A stretch of DNA of 64,000 nt from the human T2T-CHM13v2.0 reference genome, Homo sapiens. Made by a program: the position numbers and the translations under genes. Below the pieces are notes generated by a model, which worked only from the letters and a program-made list of their open reading frames with translations, was not told where the DNA came from and did no database searches. Of this stretch, positions 1 to 15,965 are shown one piece after another. Position 1 is the first letter of the stretch; each line of letters opens with the position of its first letter. Where the stretch lies: the NCBI RefSeq assembly GCF_009914755.1, contig NC_060925.1; one strand, 5' to 3'.

Positions 1-300
1 CCCACCCACTCCCGCCACCTAACTTCATTCCATAGGAGCTCTTGGCTTTAACAAATTACTATACCTGAAAGAAATCTTAGTACATAAAGAAAACTAAGTC
101 TGTGGCAGGTAAGGAGCAGTTTTCTTTGATTCGTATACTCAGGTTTCTAGTAGCTAAAAACCTCTAACCAGCTGAAACACATGTCCTTTAAGGATTAAGT
201 TTAAATCACACTACAGAAAGGGGAAAAGAGATTTATATGATCACAGATAAGCAATGGAGTCAGCAACATAAGCACTTCTCACAACTATACAAATCAAAAA

Positions 301-640
<340 letters not shown>

Positions 641-1069
641 TTAATGAAAATGGATGAAAAGAAATGATTTACTCACTTTTATACGCTCGGGAAAGAGAAT
701 GCCCTGCCAGACTCAAAAGGGTATCACAGAATCACTCAGATTTTCAGCACTGAGGGTTTTCCAAGGATCTAATGATGTTCCTTTTTTCAGTTTGTTTCGC
801 TCACTGATAAGCCTTGTTAATAAATACCATTGCATCTGTTTTCACTTTAAACGATGTTACTTAACACAATTATTTGCTTTCGAATGCCCCCTAGATTGGT
901 GGAAAGAAATTTTCTGATTTATAAATATATTTTCTTATGAAACCAATTGGCATACTCTTCCAGTGGAGTGAATAGATAAATTAAGTCTCTAAAACTTTAA
1001 AGAGATTACTGCCCCAATTATCTTAAGGACAGTAATAATTACGTATATAAAATTAAAATATGGAAATTA

Positions 1070-2877
<1,808 letters not shown>

Positions 2878-2881
2878 TTTT

Positions 2882-2901
2882 TGGCCCTGGGAGCAGGATT
2901 C
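2882..2901 (+). promoter_or_regulatory. Primer binding site, tRNA-Ser(CGA)-type
   Basis: TGGCCCTGGGAGCAGGATTC just after the LTR; 18/20 match to the complement of the tRNA-Ser(CGA) 3' end, TGGCGCTGTGAGCAGGATTC (recalled). Confidence 0.75.
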
Positions 2902-2959
2902 AGAGCAACTTATCTCTGACCATCTGACCGTCCTCTCAAAGGCCTCCAGGGTGGCTACA

Positions 2960-3634
2960 TAGTAGGTAGAATTTGATTGGTGAGATCAGTTTGCAGTCCG
3001 GGAAGAGACAGTCTCTGGTGTGTGTCTTTGAAGAAGTGCTTTTTCTTCAGAGAGAGAGAGAGAGAGAGGGCAGGTTGGTTTTTGTGCCTCACAGGGTGTG
3101 TATCACACAATAGAGTCATACATATTCAGCAGGTTTGGGGAAACGCCATTTCTGAGGGGTATTGAGCTCATGTGCAACGGGTAAACATATATGTAACATG
3201 CACCCCATATTCACATTGGGAAGGGATTTTAGCATTAAAATGAGGTGGAAATTGGCTGTTTATGTCAAAAGGTGAACTACTGGACACGAAGTCGGTTTGT
3301 GTGCAGTCCCTGTAACATGGCTGAAACTGGCTTGATATCTGCAGTTGCTTATCGGGAAAGAATGGAAGGCCACTCCTTTGTCCCATCAGAGCTCTAGTGA
3401 TCTGGGTTGTAAATCCAGTTGAGAAGGGCTGGGAAGATTTTGACAATTTGCTTGCTAGCCCCTATTGTTAAGGAGTTTAGCAACAGTGTGTTTTTTTCTG
3501 TAGCCATAGGAATTCAGGACGTTGCCATGCCAGATGAGCCCTGAACCCTGGACCTGTAGCTAACTTTTGTTTCCTTAAACTTACAGTCTGTCTTAGTCTA
3601 TAAGGGGGCATGTATTTTCATCTCTCAGATCACA
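2960..3634 (-). mobile_element. Antisense ERV1 solo LTR nested in the proviral leader (LTR39-like, tentative)
   Basis: Minus strand begins TGTGATCTGAGAGATGAAAATACATGCCCC...AAGGAAACAAAAGTTAGCTACAGG; contains (GA)n; left boundary approximate. Confidence 0.65.
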
Positions 3635-4467
3635 CCACATTCCTCCTGGACTGGGTGCCTGGCCAGCTCTGAAGCCCTCAAGTTTGGACTCTGAGAGAAA
3701 GAGTTGGGCAGTAGTAAGTGGGGAATCCTCCTGAAATCTGGACCTTCCCACTCTTTGGTTGAAGGCCTGGACTTTGCTTGAGTGTCCTTTCCAGCTCTCC
3801 CTTTCTAGAATGGAGGTTTTCTGTCTTTACCCTGTGGGTAAGAGGTTTGAGTCTCGGGGGAAATAACTGCCTTTTCCACCTCTGCATCAGGACAGAAAGT
3901 TTGGGTCACAGTCAGGCAAAGAGCTCTCCAGAGAGCTTCTGCCTTTCCTGCCTCTGTTCCTCAGCAGGAAGTTCTGGGTCAAGGTATTGGCAGGTAGGCC
4001 CTGGTGGTGTCATTTTATGTAGCATGTTGTTTTGAACATTCGGGCTTAGCTTTTCATTTGTGACTAATTCCTGTTAGTTCTTAACTGGAAAGCGCATGGA
4101 GGTGCATTCCCCTGCCCTGAAGAAAAGAAGTGATCTGCTTCCGCCAATCCATTCAGGTGCTCCAAGTGATCGGGGATGTTGCAGAGGTGTCGGGGTCATT
4201 ACTCACCATGTGAAGGTGGCCTCATAGGACACTCCCCATCAGAAGAACATCTTTATGAACCCCCTTTCCTGCTCTTCTGGGAGGGTATATGTCGGACGGG
4301 TCCCTCATAGCACATGCACTCTGTGGCCACCTGGTGGTTAGAAACAGTGGGAACCACTGAGACAGCGATACACAACTCCGGTGTTATCTGTAGGAGTGAC
4401 TTCATAAGCACCACACTGTGACCCAAAACACATCACAGGCCTTGGTCATCTGAAAAGCTCCTGAATT

Positions 4468-5785
4468 ATGGGAAATCAAGCTTCAAAATTTAGCACACTG
4501 CGAAGAAACAACCACCTTTAGAAACATCAGCTGGGTTTATGTATAGCACTTATGAAGCGTCCTCTTGTAAATATCCAAGAAACTGGATCCACCTAACCAG
4601 GAAAACTGATAAGCAGAATGAAGAAAATGGGGATATTTTGAAATGCTTAAAATAATTTATTAGTGTGCACAATTGGAAAAATTTGGTTTTAGAACCAAAT
4701 TAAATGGGAGACTTACTTCCAATAATACCTAGAAATTTCTAAAAGAACTGTGAAAATTGCCTCCAGTGAGGAAGTAAGCTGAAGGAGGTAAACTGACACG
4801 TTTTCTGAATTGAGAAATATTGAGGAGGCTTTGTCTCTTTCGCCTCCAACTGCTCCTTCTCCTCCTGCCCCTGCACCTGCATAGTCTCCCTTACCTGAGC
4901 CCTCCGGTTCTGCCTTGCCTCTTCTTCCATCACCATCACCTGAGGAAAGTCCCCAGGGCTCTGGCCCCTCCCCTGAAACTTCTGTTCTGACAGCCCCTTT
5001 CAAGGTAGGGGCTTCCACAGGAAGAAGGGAGCCTACCATTCTGTATACTGCTTCACCAAAATGTGAATTAAGAATATTATAAAAGACTTCCCTGGGCCGG
5101 GCGCAGTGGCTCATGCCTGTAATCCCAGCACATTGGGAGGACTAGACAGGTGGATCACGAGGTCGGGAGTTCGAGACCAGCCTGGACAACATGGTGAAAC
5201 CCGGTCTATACTAAAAATACAAAAATTAGCCGGTCATGGTGATACATGACTGCAATCCCAGCAACTCGGGAGGCTGATGCAGGAGAATCGCTTTAACTCG
5301 GGAAGTGGAGTTTGCAGTGAGCCAAGATTGCACCATTGCACTCCAGCCTGGGTGACAGAGCAAGACTTTGTATCAAAATACATAAATAAATAAATAAAAA
5401 ATAAAAAAGACTTCCCTGATCGAAATTTAAATCAATTTCCCCTTCTAATTCTAAAGCAGCCTCCAAGATCCTATAGGGTTTGGGAGAAAATTTGACTTAA
5501 TTGTCCAAACTTTTAGCCCGAATATTCTGATTTTTATCAATTAATTCACATGTGGTGTAAGAAGGCAGGGCCACTAAATGGTTGAAAAGGGCGAATTGGA
5601 ATAATTCTTTAGAGGATTTTTAAAAACAGACTAAAGCAGACAATGAAAGGGTCTGCATTTTGGCCAAATACTTCCATGTTGCCATTCCCCAGGTTGTTCC
5701 CAAAAATGTAGATTGGAGAATTCAGCAATGCACTTAAAAGGCCAAGCAAATCTGTCATTGGTATTTTAAGTGGTTAAGATTTATT
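4468..5785 (+). pseudogene. gag remnant (matrix, Pro-rich region, partial capsid) with Alu inserted at 5094-5403
   Basis: ATG-GGA start (MGNQASK, myristoylation-type Gly2); PTAP at 4846-4857 within PTAPSPPAPAPA; frame broken; Alu TSD AAAAGACTTCCCTG. Confidence 0.75.
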
Positions 5786-6044
5786 GATTGATTGATTGAG
5801 ACAGGGCCTCACTTTGTCACCCAGGCTGGAGTGCAGTGGCTCCATCATGGCCCACCACATCCTCAACCTCTCAGCTCTAGCAATCCTCCCACCTTAGCCT
5901 CCCGAGTAGCTGGGACCACAGGTGCATGCCACAATGCCCAGCTAATTCTTTGATTTTTTTTTTTTGTAGAGAGGACATCTTGCTGTGTTTTCCAGGCTGG
6001 ACCTGAATGAACTTCTGGGCTCAATCAATCCTTCCCCTCAGCCT

Positions 6045-7935
<1,891 letters not shown>

Positions 7936-8289
7936 TCTATCAGTGGAGATTTTCACTTAGAGGTAACTCACAATCTTCCTGACAGAGATGGCAAGTAGCT
8001 GACATCTGGTGTAGTCCGCTTTCACCCAAGATACTGGCCTGTATAATCAGTTACAATTCCAGTGCTGACCGTGCCTGAGAGAGTTAGTCTCTTTTTTGCT
8101 GACTGGAATACATACACCATTAGGGCTCCTTTAAGTTGTAGGGGTTGTCTCTTGGTGGTTTTGGTAAAATCACCCTATATGCATATTCTCTTAAGATATG
8201 ACACACTACTCCTCTTGCGTGTATGTGTATATACATATACATACATACATACATAGCAGAATACCTGTGATCAGATTTCTGTTTTACTG

Positions 8290-9340
8290 TCCCTAATTAA
8301 TTTGATTACAGCAGGGAGGGATAATTCTCTGATTAGAATCTCACAAACCATTACCTCTGTGGGAAATTTGACAAGGTTCCAGGTTTGCCACTCAAAACCA
8401 CAAACCACTTTTGACCATAATGACCCATTGGTACATCCTGTGCTAAATTTCACCTGTATTCCTCCTGATTGCACTCACGATGCAACTCAGGGTCATATCA
8501 AGCAAAACCTGTTTATCTAATCTGTCTGACTCACCCTAACCTTCCTGCTGCAAGTCTCAGTTTAACCCATCGTAATCGTATTGTCAAAATAATTGCCTGT
8601 AATCCCAGCACTTTGGGAGGCCAAGGCAGAAGGATCACTTGAGCACAGGGGTTTGAGACTAGCCTGGGCAAAATGGTGAAACACTGGCTCTATAAAATAT
8701 ATACAAATTAGCTGGGTGTGGTGGTGCCCACCTGTAGTCCCAGCTACTCAGGAGCATGAGGTGAGAGGATGACTTGAGCTAAGGAGTTCAAACCTGCAGC
8801 AAACCCTGATGACGCCACTGCACTCCAGCCTGGGCAACAGAATGAGACCCTGTCTCAAAAAATAAATAAATAAGCTGCGTGTGGTGGTGTGTGCCTGTAG
8901 TCCCAGCTGCTTGGGAGGATGAGCCATTGAGCCTTGGAGGTCAAGAGGTCAAGGCTGTACTGAGCTGTGATCTTGTCACTGAATTCCAGCCTGGGAGACA
9001 GAGTCCTTGTCTTAAAAAGTAATTATAATAAAAATAAAAAGTACAAAACCAACCAAACAAAAAATTGTTTCTTCACTCTGAAATAACAGTGGTTAACACC
9101 ATGATGCCACTGGAAAGTTAAAAGAAAAACACTCCCTCCTGCTATCAAGATCCAACCTGCCCTCTTGCTCTAAATTTCTGACCCATGGTTTAAATGCCCA
9201 AAAGCTGATGTACTCAAGTTATAGCGCACCTACCTGTTTGGCGTTTATTTTTGTCTCTTGAAAAGATCACCATCCATGGCCCTATAAATGTCGAAGGGCA
9301 TGGAATGATGAAGTGCAATGTCATTATTGTTATGTATCTC
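8290..9340 (+). pseudogene. env SU remnant interrupted by Alu/FLAM (about 8595-9050)
   Basis: DNSLIRISQTITSVGNLTRFQVCH (decayed CWIC-type motif); FIFVS*...PWPYKC...W...QC resembling the gamma-type SU C-terminus. Confidence 0.6.
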
Positions 9341-9426
9341 TCATCGTTTTACTTCTGGGAAAACTAATTTCATGGTATTCTGAAGAGTAGAGATGATTCA
9401 ATAAGTGACAGCAGCTGTAGACTTAA

Positions 9427-9775
<349 letters not shown>

Positions 9776-9934
9776 GTAATGCCCTTTCAATTGGACTTTT
9801 GGGCATTCTTAAAAATTCCTCAGTGAGGTGGCTTCTTTCCTCCCCTGTCCCCTGCTTGGGACAGGACTATCCGGGAATGAGCCTTTCTGGCAAAGAAGGA
9901 CACCCTTGACTTAGCTTTTGATCATCGATGCTTT

Positions 9935-10723
9935 CAAGAAGAAAGATTAAAAAAACTTTTTATCTGAGGAATGTGAGCCCTTTCAAATGATCAGGCCCAG
10001 AGAGACGTTAAATCGAGACAGCAACCACTTTCCGCTCCTTCCTTTTGAGCTGCGCTGAGCTATGTATTCATCCGTTGAAACTGCTTGCTATTGCCTTAAG
10101 TAGCTGTAAATTAACCTAATAATGCCACACCAATCCCTATACCCCCATACCCTATAACTTAACAACATATAGCCAATCACCAAGCAATGTTATTTCTGTA
10201 AACCAATGAGAATTCCTGATAGGCACCTATCAGCCCACTGTCTGTCCCTGCTTTTGAACTTTAAAAACCTGCTTGTGGGCAGGGTGCGGTGGCTCACGCC
10301 TGTAATCCCAGCACTTTGGGAGGCCGAGGCAGGCGGATCATGAGGTCAGAAGATCCAGACCATCCTGGCTAACACGGTGAAACCCCGTCTCTATTAAAAA
10401 AATACAAAAAAATTAGCTGGGCGTGGTGGCGGGTGCCTGTAATCCCAGCTACTAGGGAGGCTGAGGCAGGAGAATGGCGAGAACCCGGGAGGCGGAGCAG
10501 AGTTCGCGCCACTGCACTCCAGCCTGGGCGACAGAGTGAGACTCCGTCTCAAAATAAATAAATAAATAAAAAATAAAAAATAAAAACCTGCTTGTGACAA
10601 AGGCCAAAGGGAGCTCAGATCCAAGCTTCCTTGGTGTGAGTCTTCCAGGCAGTTGTCTTCATGTTGACTCAAGTAAACTCTAAATTATATTTTGTGCTTC
10701 AGCCTCCTTCTTTTAGGTCAACA
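9935..10723 (+). mobile_element. 3' LTR of provirus, interrupted by AluY (10278-10580)
   Basis: Homologous to the 5' LTR, ends TTTTAGGTCAACA; Alu TSD TAAAAACCTGCTTGTG. Confidence 0.88.
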
Positions 10724-10867
10724 TGTTCAACAACAGTAGAAGAAATACATAAGTTAATGTATATTCCTACAAAGGAATACACGTAGAACCAAATAACCAT
10801 ATGAATAACATGAAAAATTCATAGACATAGGACTGAGTGAAAGAAGTCAGACCTATGCCTCTGCTTC

Positions 10868-11510
10868 TGCAACCGCCTTTGCAAAAATTACAACTGGGAC
10901 AATTACCACAGTGAAAGAGATCTGATCTAACTGATTCCATCTTGCTTCTAACGTACAAGCTGTCCTTGTTGATTGCTGGGCACAGGCCGAAATAACTTTG
11001 GGAGGAAATTAGTTTATGGTTTAGCTGTGAAACAAAGATGATAATATCCCTTTCCCAAAGCAAACCCCTTTCCTGCCTGGGGACTAGACTGCCTTTGCCG
11101 GACTAACAAATTAGCCACGAGATTAGAAATTATGGTTTAGGAGTCATGTAGCCTCTGGCTGCAAGATTCTAAACCTCCCCAAATTGTTCCTGGAGATCAC
11201 ATCGTTATTGGAAAACCTAAGATCAGTGCTTGAGATATTTTGCCGACCCTGCACTCAGTGGATCAGCTGGCACCAGCTAGACTGATAACCTGGCTCAGCT
11301 GGTCTTGTGGCCCCCAAGCAGGAACTGACCCAGCACAAGACCACAGCTTCAGCTCCCTGTGATTTCATCTCCGACCTGGCCAAGCAGAACTCTCAATTCA
11401 CCGGCCCCCAATCACCAAATAAAGAGTGCAGCTCTTTATTGCAATTCCCCTGTGTCGAAAAATTGGCTCTGTCTAGGCAGCAGGCAGGGTGTACCTGTTG
11501 GGCAGTAACA
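10868..11510 (+). mobile_element. LTR8-family solo LTR (ERV1)
   Basis: TGCAACCGCCTTTGCAAAAATT...GTGAAAGAGATCTGA...GGGCAGTAACA, TG..CA termini, near-TSD CTTC/CTCC. Confidence 0.85.
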
Positions 11511-12339
11511 CTCCCCCCAAAACCCACTACAGACTGTGACTCAGCTTATATGAAAGTAAAGGGCAGGAAAAACTTGCCTGATAGATTTGCAGAGACGGGG
11601 GTGGAAACCATTAATAAGTCTGTGGAGTATTCTCAGAGTTTGGTGTTGTAGTCTACATATTAAAAGTAATCAGTTAAACACCTGAAATAAAACTTCTCCC
11701 AAATATTTTTGCCAAATTTGGATGACTGTGTTTCTGTCTTCGCAGCATATAAAGTGTTAACATGAGGTAAGCGCTAAGGTCTAGAGAAGGCAGTGAAGAG
11801 ATGACAAACTCCAGCACCATGCCTGAATGTCCAGTGTGCTCTGCTGGGGCAGCACATTTTTGTACATTGCTGTATCTGAAAAAAACCCTACAAGATTCAT
11901 GAAACTGGACGACCGTCTTTATAATACTCCTAGTGATAAAACAAGTAAGGATGGCTGGTTTGCAGTCATCTGAGCAGCCTCTCTAGTTTCATAGATACGG
12001 TTTCTCTCTGATATTGAACGACTTCCAAATGTCAAGCGAAATGCTACATCACAAGGATAACCGTATGTGAAAAGAACCGTTTTTCTTTGTAATCCTAAAC
12101 TTTCTAGTCTGAGCTTTAAAAGCCATTATTTGAAGAAAAGCGCACAGGCTCCAGCTGGCCGCCAAAGGGGTCCTTTGCATCACAGGCTAAGAACCTACTT
12201 CTTTGGGAGAGACCAGGGACGGGGATGGGAGGGAAAGGAGGTAGAGTCAGGTGTCACTTCCTCCGCCCGCTCCCACAGCTGGTTGGTCGGCCGAGTGGCA
12301 GAGGGTGGGGCGGAAGAGCAGACGGGGACGGGAAAGGCG

Positions 12340-12435
12340 CTGTCGGTGACATCACAGATAGGGCGATTCCTATGCAGAGGAGGCAGCTCAGGGGCTGCTG
12401 CTTCACCACGAAAGATTTCTCGTGCTGTGGGAGCT
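12340..12435 (+). promoter_or_regulatory. U1-type distal sequence element: octamer-like ATGCAGAG (12372-12379) and SPH/ZNF143-like site (about 12416-12433)
   Basis: Colinear with the recalled RNU1 enhancer (GGTGACATCAC...TATG.AGA.GAGGCAGC...GCTGCTTCACCACGAA) at about -220. Confidence 0.85.
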
Positions 12436-12533
12436 AGTCCAGGACCTCCGGTTGGACGTGATAGTCCCAGCTGTGTGTCAGGGCTAGGAAGACTTGAGGC
12501 GGCATGGGGGCGGGGTGGGGGAATGCGCGGGCC

Positions 12534-12558
12534 AAGTGACCATGCGTGTAAGGGGTGA
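12534..12558 (+). promoter_or_regulatory. snRNA proximal sequence element (PSE)
   Basis: AAGTGACCATGCGTGTAAGGGGTGA vs RNU1 AAGTGACCGTGTGTGTAAAGAGTGA, at -64 to -40; no TATA box, so Pol II type. Confidence 0.9.
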
Positions 12559-12597
12559 GGCGTATGGAGCTGTGGCAGGGCGGAGGGGCGTTCATTC

Positions 12598-12760
12598 ATA
12601 CTTACGTAACAGGAGAAAATACGGCCATGAAGTTGGTGTTTCTCGGGGGCGATTTCTCCATTGTACTCAGTATGTGCTGACTGACTCCTGTTACTTCCAC
12701 ATGTGGGGAAACTGGACTGTAATTTGTGGTGGTGGGGAATTGCGTTCGCGCTTTCTTCTG
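12598..12760 (+). ncRNA. RNVU1: Variant U1 snRNA (RNVU1 family; exact paralog not assigned)
   Basis: ATACTTAC start, colinear with U1 over 163 nt, Sm site AATTTGTGG (12721-12729), SL4 GCG-TTCG-CGC; genomic promoter retained; no poly-A or TSD. Confidence 0.95.
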
Positions 12761-12769
12761 GAGGTTGTA

Positions 12770-12783
12770 GTGCAAAAAGCAGT
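12770..12783 (+). terminator. Degenerate snRNA 3' box
   Basis: GTGCAAAAAGCAGT about 10 nt past the RNA end; consensus GTTYN0-3AAARYAGA. Confidence 0.55.
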
Positions 12784-13047
12784 TTGTCTACCAAGTGATA
12801 CTTTCAGCTTTTACAAATGCTGAACAATATCCATGGTGTGTTTTCATGTCACCTCCTCTCCCTTCTTTGTTAGAAAAAAATGGAAGAGCACGTGGATGTT
12901 TTGAGATGAGAAGAGGTGCGTTCACCACCTTCACATCCGTGTAGGCTTGTTATTAAGGGAAAGGGAACAAAGGAGTCTCACTTATGTAAGATGACCTTAC
13001 ATGAGAAGAAGAAATTCGAGTTGGTGAAAAGAAAGAAATTCAATTTC

Positions 13048-13401
<354 letters not shown>

Positions 13402-14497
13402 CTAAGACTGTCTCAACTGTAGAAATGTTCAGGGGGAAAAAAAAATAGATGATTATTTATTCTGGTTCATTCATTGTCTCGTTGAGTTTGTCAGATGCCA
13501 GGTGAGGTGCCTTACATGTGTTCATAACCTCAAGACATAAAAGGGAAGGAATTTTAGAATGATTCAATGATATCACTGTTTTGCCTAATAAGCAAATAAT
13601 TCAGTAAGAGACACTTATTAACAAATCTAAGAATAAAGTTTCCTTTTTAATCACAAAATTGCCTTTCTTCACATTATCTTTCTTTACATTCTTTGACAAA
13701 GTACCCCAACCCATCAATATTGTCTGTCTTATCCAAACTGAAGGATGATAATCCAGATTTAAGAAAATATCTATCAAAATAATGACAACATTGAGCATGT
13801 ACTCAGTATCTGCTGGGTATAGGGCACAACAAATATCTCTCGAGTTAGTACCAGGCCCTGTGCTGAGGCCTCCACTCCTCTCTAGCTCATGTGCACTGAG
13901 CAGCGAGTGCCACTGGCTCCTTGAAAGCTGCTCAGGCACCACCGTTTTTAATTCCCATGAGAGGTGCTGTGTGCACCCCAGTGGACAGATGAGGGAATGG
14001 AGAGCAGGTGGATACCCTTGGGTAGAGAGCCACACACGGTTGGATCCAGCTCTAGAAGGACTGACCCCTTCTCTACCCGACTCGAGAAAGCCCACTGTCA
14101 ATGATCTCGACCTCTACTTTATGTCTCCTATTTCTGGAACGGAAATGACCTCATGCATATTTCAAATTCTCCAGCTTTTCCTTGCCTTTCCTCCATCTTG
14201 TCAGTACTCAAATAGGAAAATGATATATACATATATGTTGATCATGTACACTTAATTTCCTAGTTGTAATTAAGTATAAATTTCAGGCAAAATGCTAACT
14301 TGAATATATTTTTATGTTAAAACTTTTCCATATTTCATTCACTTATCATTAAGAAAGCAAAACCTTTGCACAAAATATTGTGCTAGCCTTTGCCAGGAGA
14401 CAGAAATGAGGAGTCATGGGCTGTGTTCTTCAGGAGTGTTGAGTTCTCCCGAGAGTGTGAGAATACACAGGTAAGCCCAATAGAAAGCAAAAGTCAG

Positions 14498-14617
14498 GGC
14501 CGGGCATGGTGGCTTATGCCTGTATTCCCAACACTTTAGGAGGCCGAGGTGGGCAGATAACTTGAGGTCAGGAGTTCGAGACCAGCATGGCCAACATGGT
14601 GAAACCCCATCTCTACT

Positions 14618-14660
<43 letters not shown>

Positions 14661-14826
14661 TTAGCTGGGTGTGGTGGGATATACTTATAATCCCAGCTAC
14701 TTGGGAGGCTGAGGGAGGAGAATCACTTGAACCAAGGAGGCAAGGGTTGCAGGAGGCAGTGATTGTGCCACTGCACTCCAGCCTGGGTGACAGAGCAAGA
14801 CTCTTGTCTCAAACAAGCACACAAAC
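14498..14826 (+). mobile_element. AluS with a (CA)n microsatellite in the middle linker (about 14620-14657)
   Basis: Alu dimer; TSD AAAGCAAAAGTCAG. Confidence 0.93.
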
Positions 14827-15579
14827 CAAAAGCAAAAGTCAGATGACTAAGGCAGTGATGATTGCCACATCCTGTGCAGGGCAGCCTCTGGGATTTGTCT
14901 CAAAACACACTCGATCTAGTTCTTGACACCCATTGAGATGGATGCTAGGCTATAGGCAGTTACATAAGATCTTCGAGCCTCAGTTTCCTTATCTCTGAAG
15001 TGAGAAAAGTAATATTGATATTGTTAAAAAGGCATGAGATTTAGATATAAGTAAAATACTTGTATTTTACTTAGTACCTACTTAATCTTCATGAGTGAGT
15101 CAAAGAAAGCAAGTAGAATTAGGCAGGGTTGTGCGGATGGGGAGAGGCAAGCTGTGCTAAAGACAGGGGAAATGAGCAGATAGAATGCAGGGCTAAACAC
15201 AGATACCTACAACCTGCAGCAGAGGCAACTTACTGAGCTTAACATAGAGAATACAAGTCACTTTAAAATGTACAGCTCTATGTTACTTTTCACCCCACAA
15301 TAAAATCGGTCCTTACCTAGAAAAAAGTAAAGATAAAAATGAAAGAAAAGAGGAGTGGGGGAAGTAACATACATGTGTACACATTCAGACCTTTGGCATG
15401 CTTACATCAGAGAAAGAACACTTTTGCAAGTTTTCTTGGCACAACGAATGGTAATAATTTTTAAGTCTATTGTGTCTGTCCTCTATTCATATATTCTGAA
15501 ACTGCTGACCTCTCATTGACAACAGTATGCCTCTTTTTCTAAGATTAGAAATTTTAAAATGTAATTGCTGATAATAAAC

Positions 15580-15965
15580 AATGGACATTATGCTAAGCGA
15601 AGTGAGCCAGTCAAAAAAATAAACAAACAAACAAACAAATAAATACTACATGATTCAACTCATTTTAGGTTGGTGCGAAGTTATTGTGGTTTTTGCCATT
15701 AAAAGTAATATAAAGTACCTGGAATAGTCAAATGTATAGCAAGAGAAAATAGAATGGTGCTTGCCAGGGGCTGGAGGGAAGGAGAAATGGGGTTGTTGTT
15801 CAGTGGGTGCAGGGTTTGAATTTTGCAAGATGAAAGGGTTCTGTGGCTGGATGGTGGTCATGGCTTCACAGCACTGTCAACGTGCATGATGCCACTGACC
15901 TGCGCACATCTTAAGTGGTTAATGATCAATTTTATGTCATATGTATTTTTTCACATTTGAAAACA
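15580..15965 (+). mobile_element. L1M 3' fragment containing half of a MADE1 (15665-15709)
   Basis: GGACATTATGCTAAGCGAAGTGAGCCAGTC...GCCAGGGGCTGG; TTAGGTTGGTGC.AA...TTTTTGCCATT MADE1 arm. Confidence 0.8.

Noticed and set aside
12067-12823. Long overlapping ORFs (163, 199 and 109 aa)
   Set aside because: They overlie the GC-rich U1 promoter and snRNA; no recognisable protein homology
13601-14255. ORFs of 166 and 157 aa on opposite strands
   Set aside because: No recognisable domain or exon structure; consistent with chance ORFs
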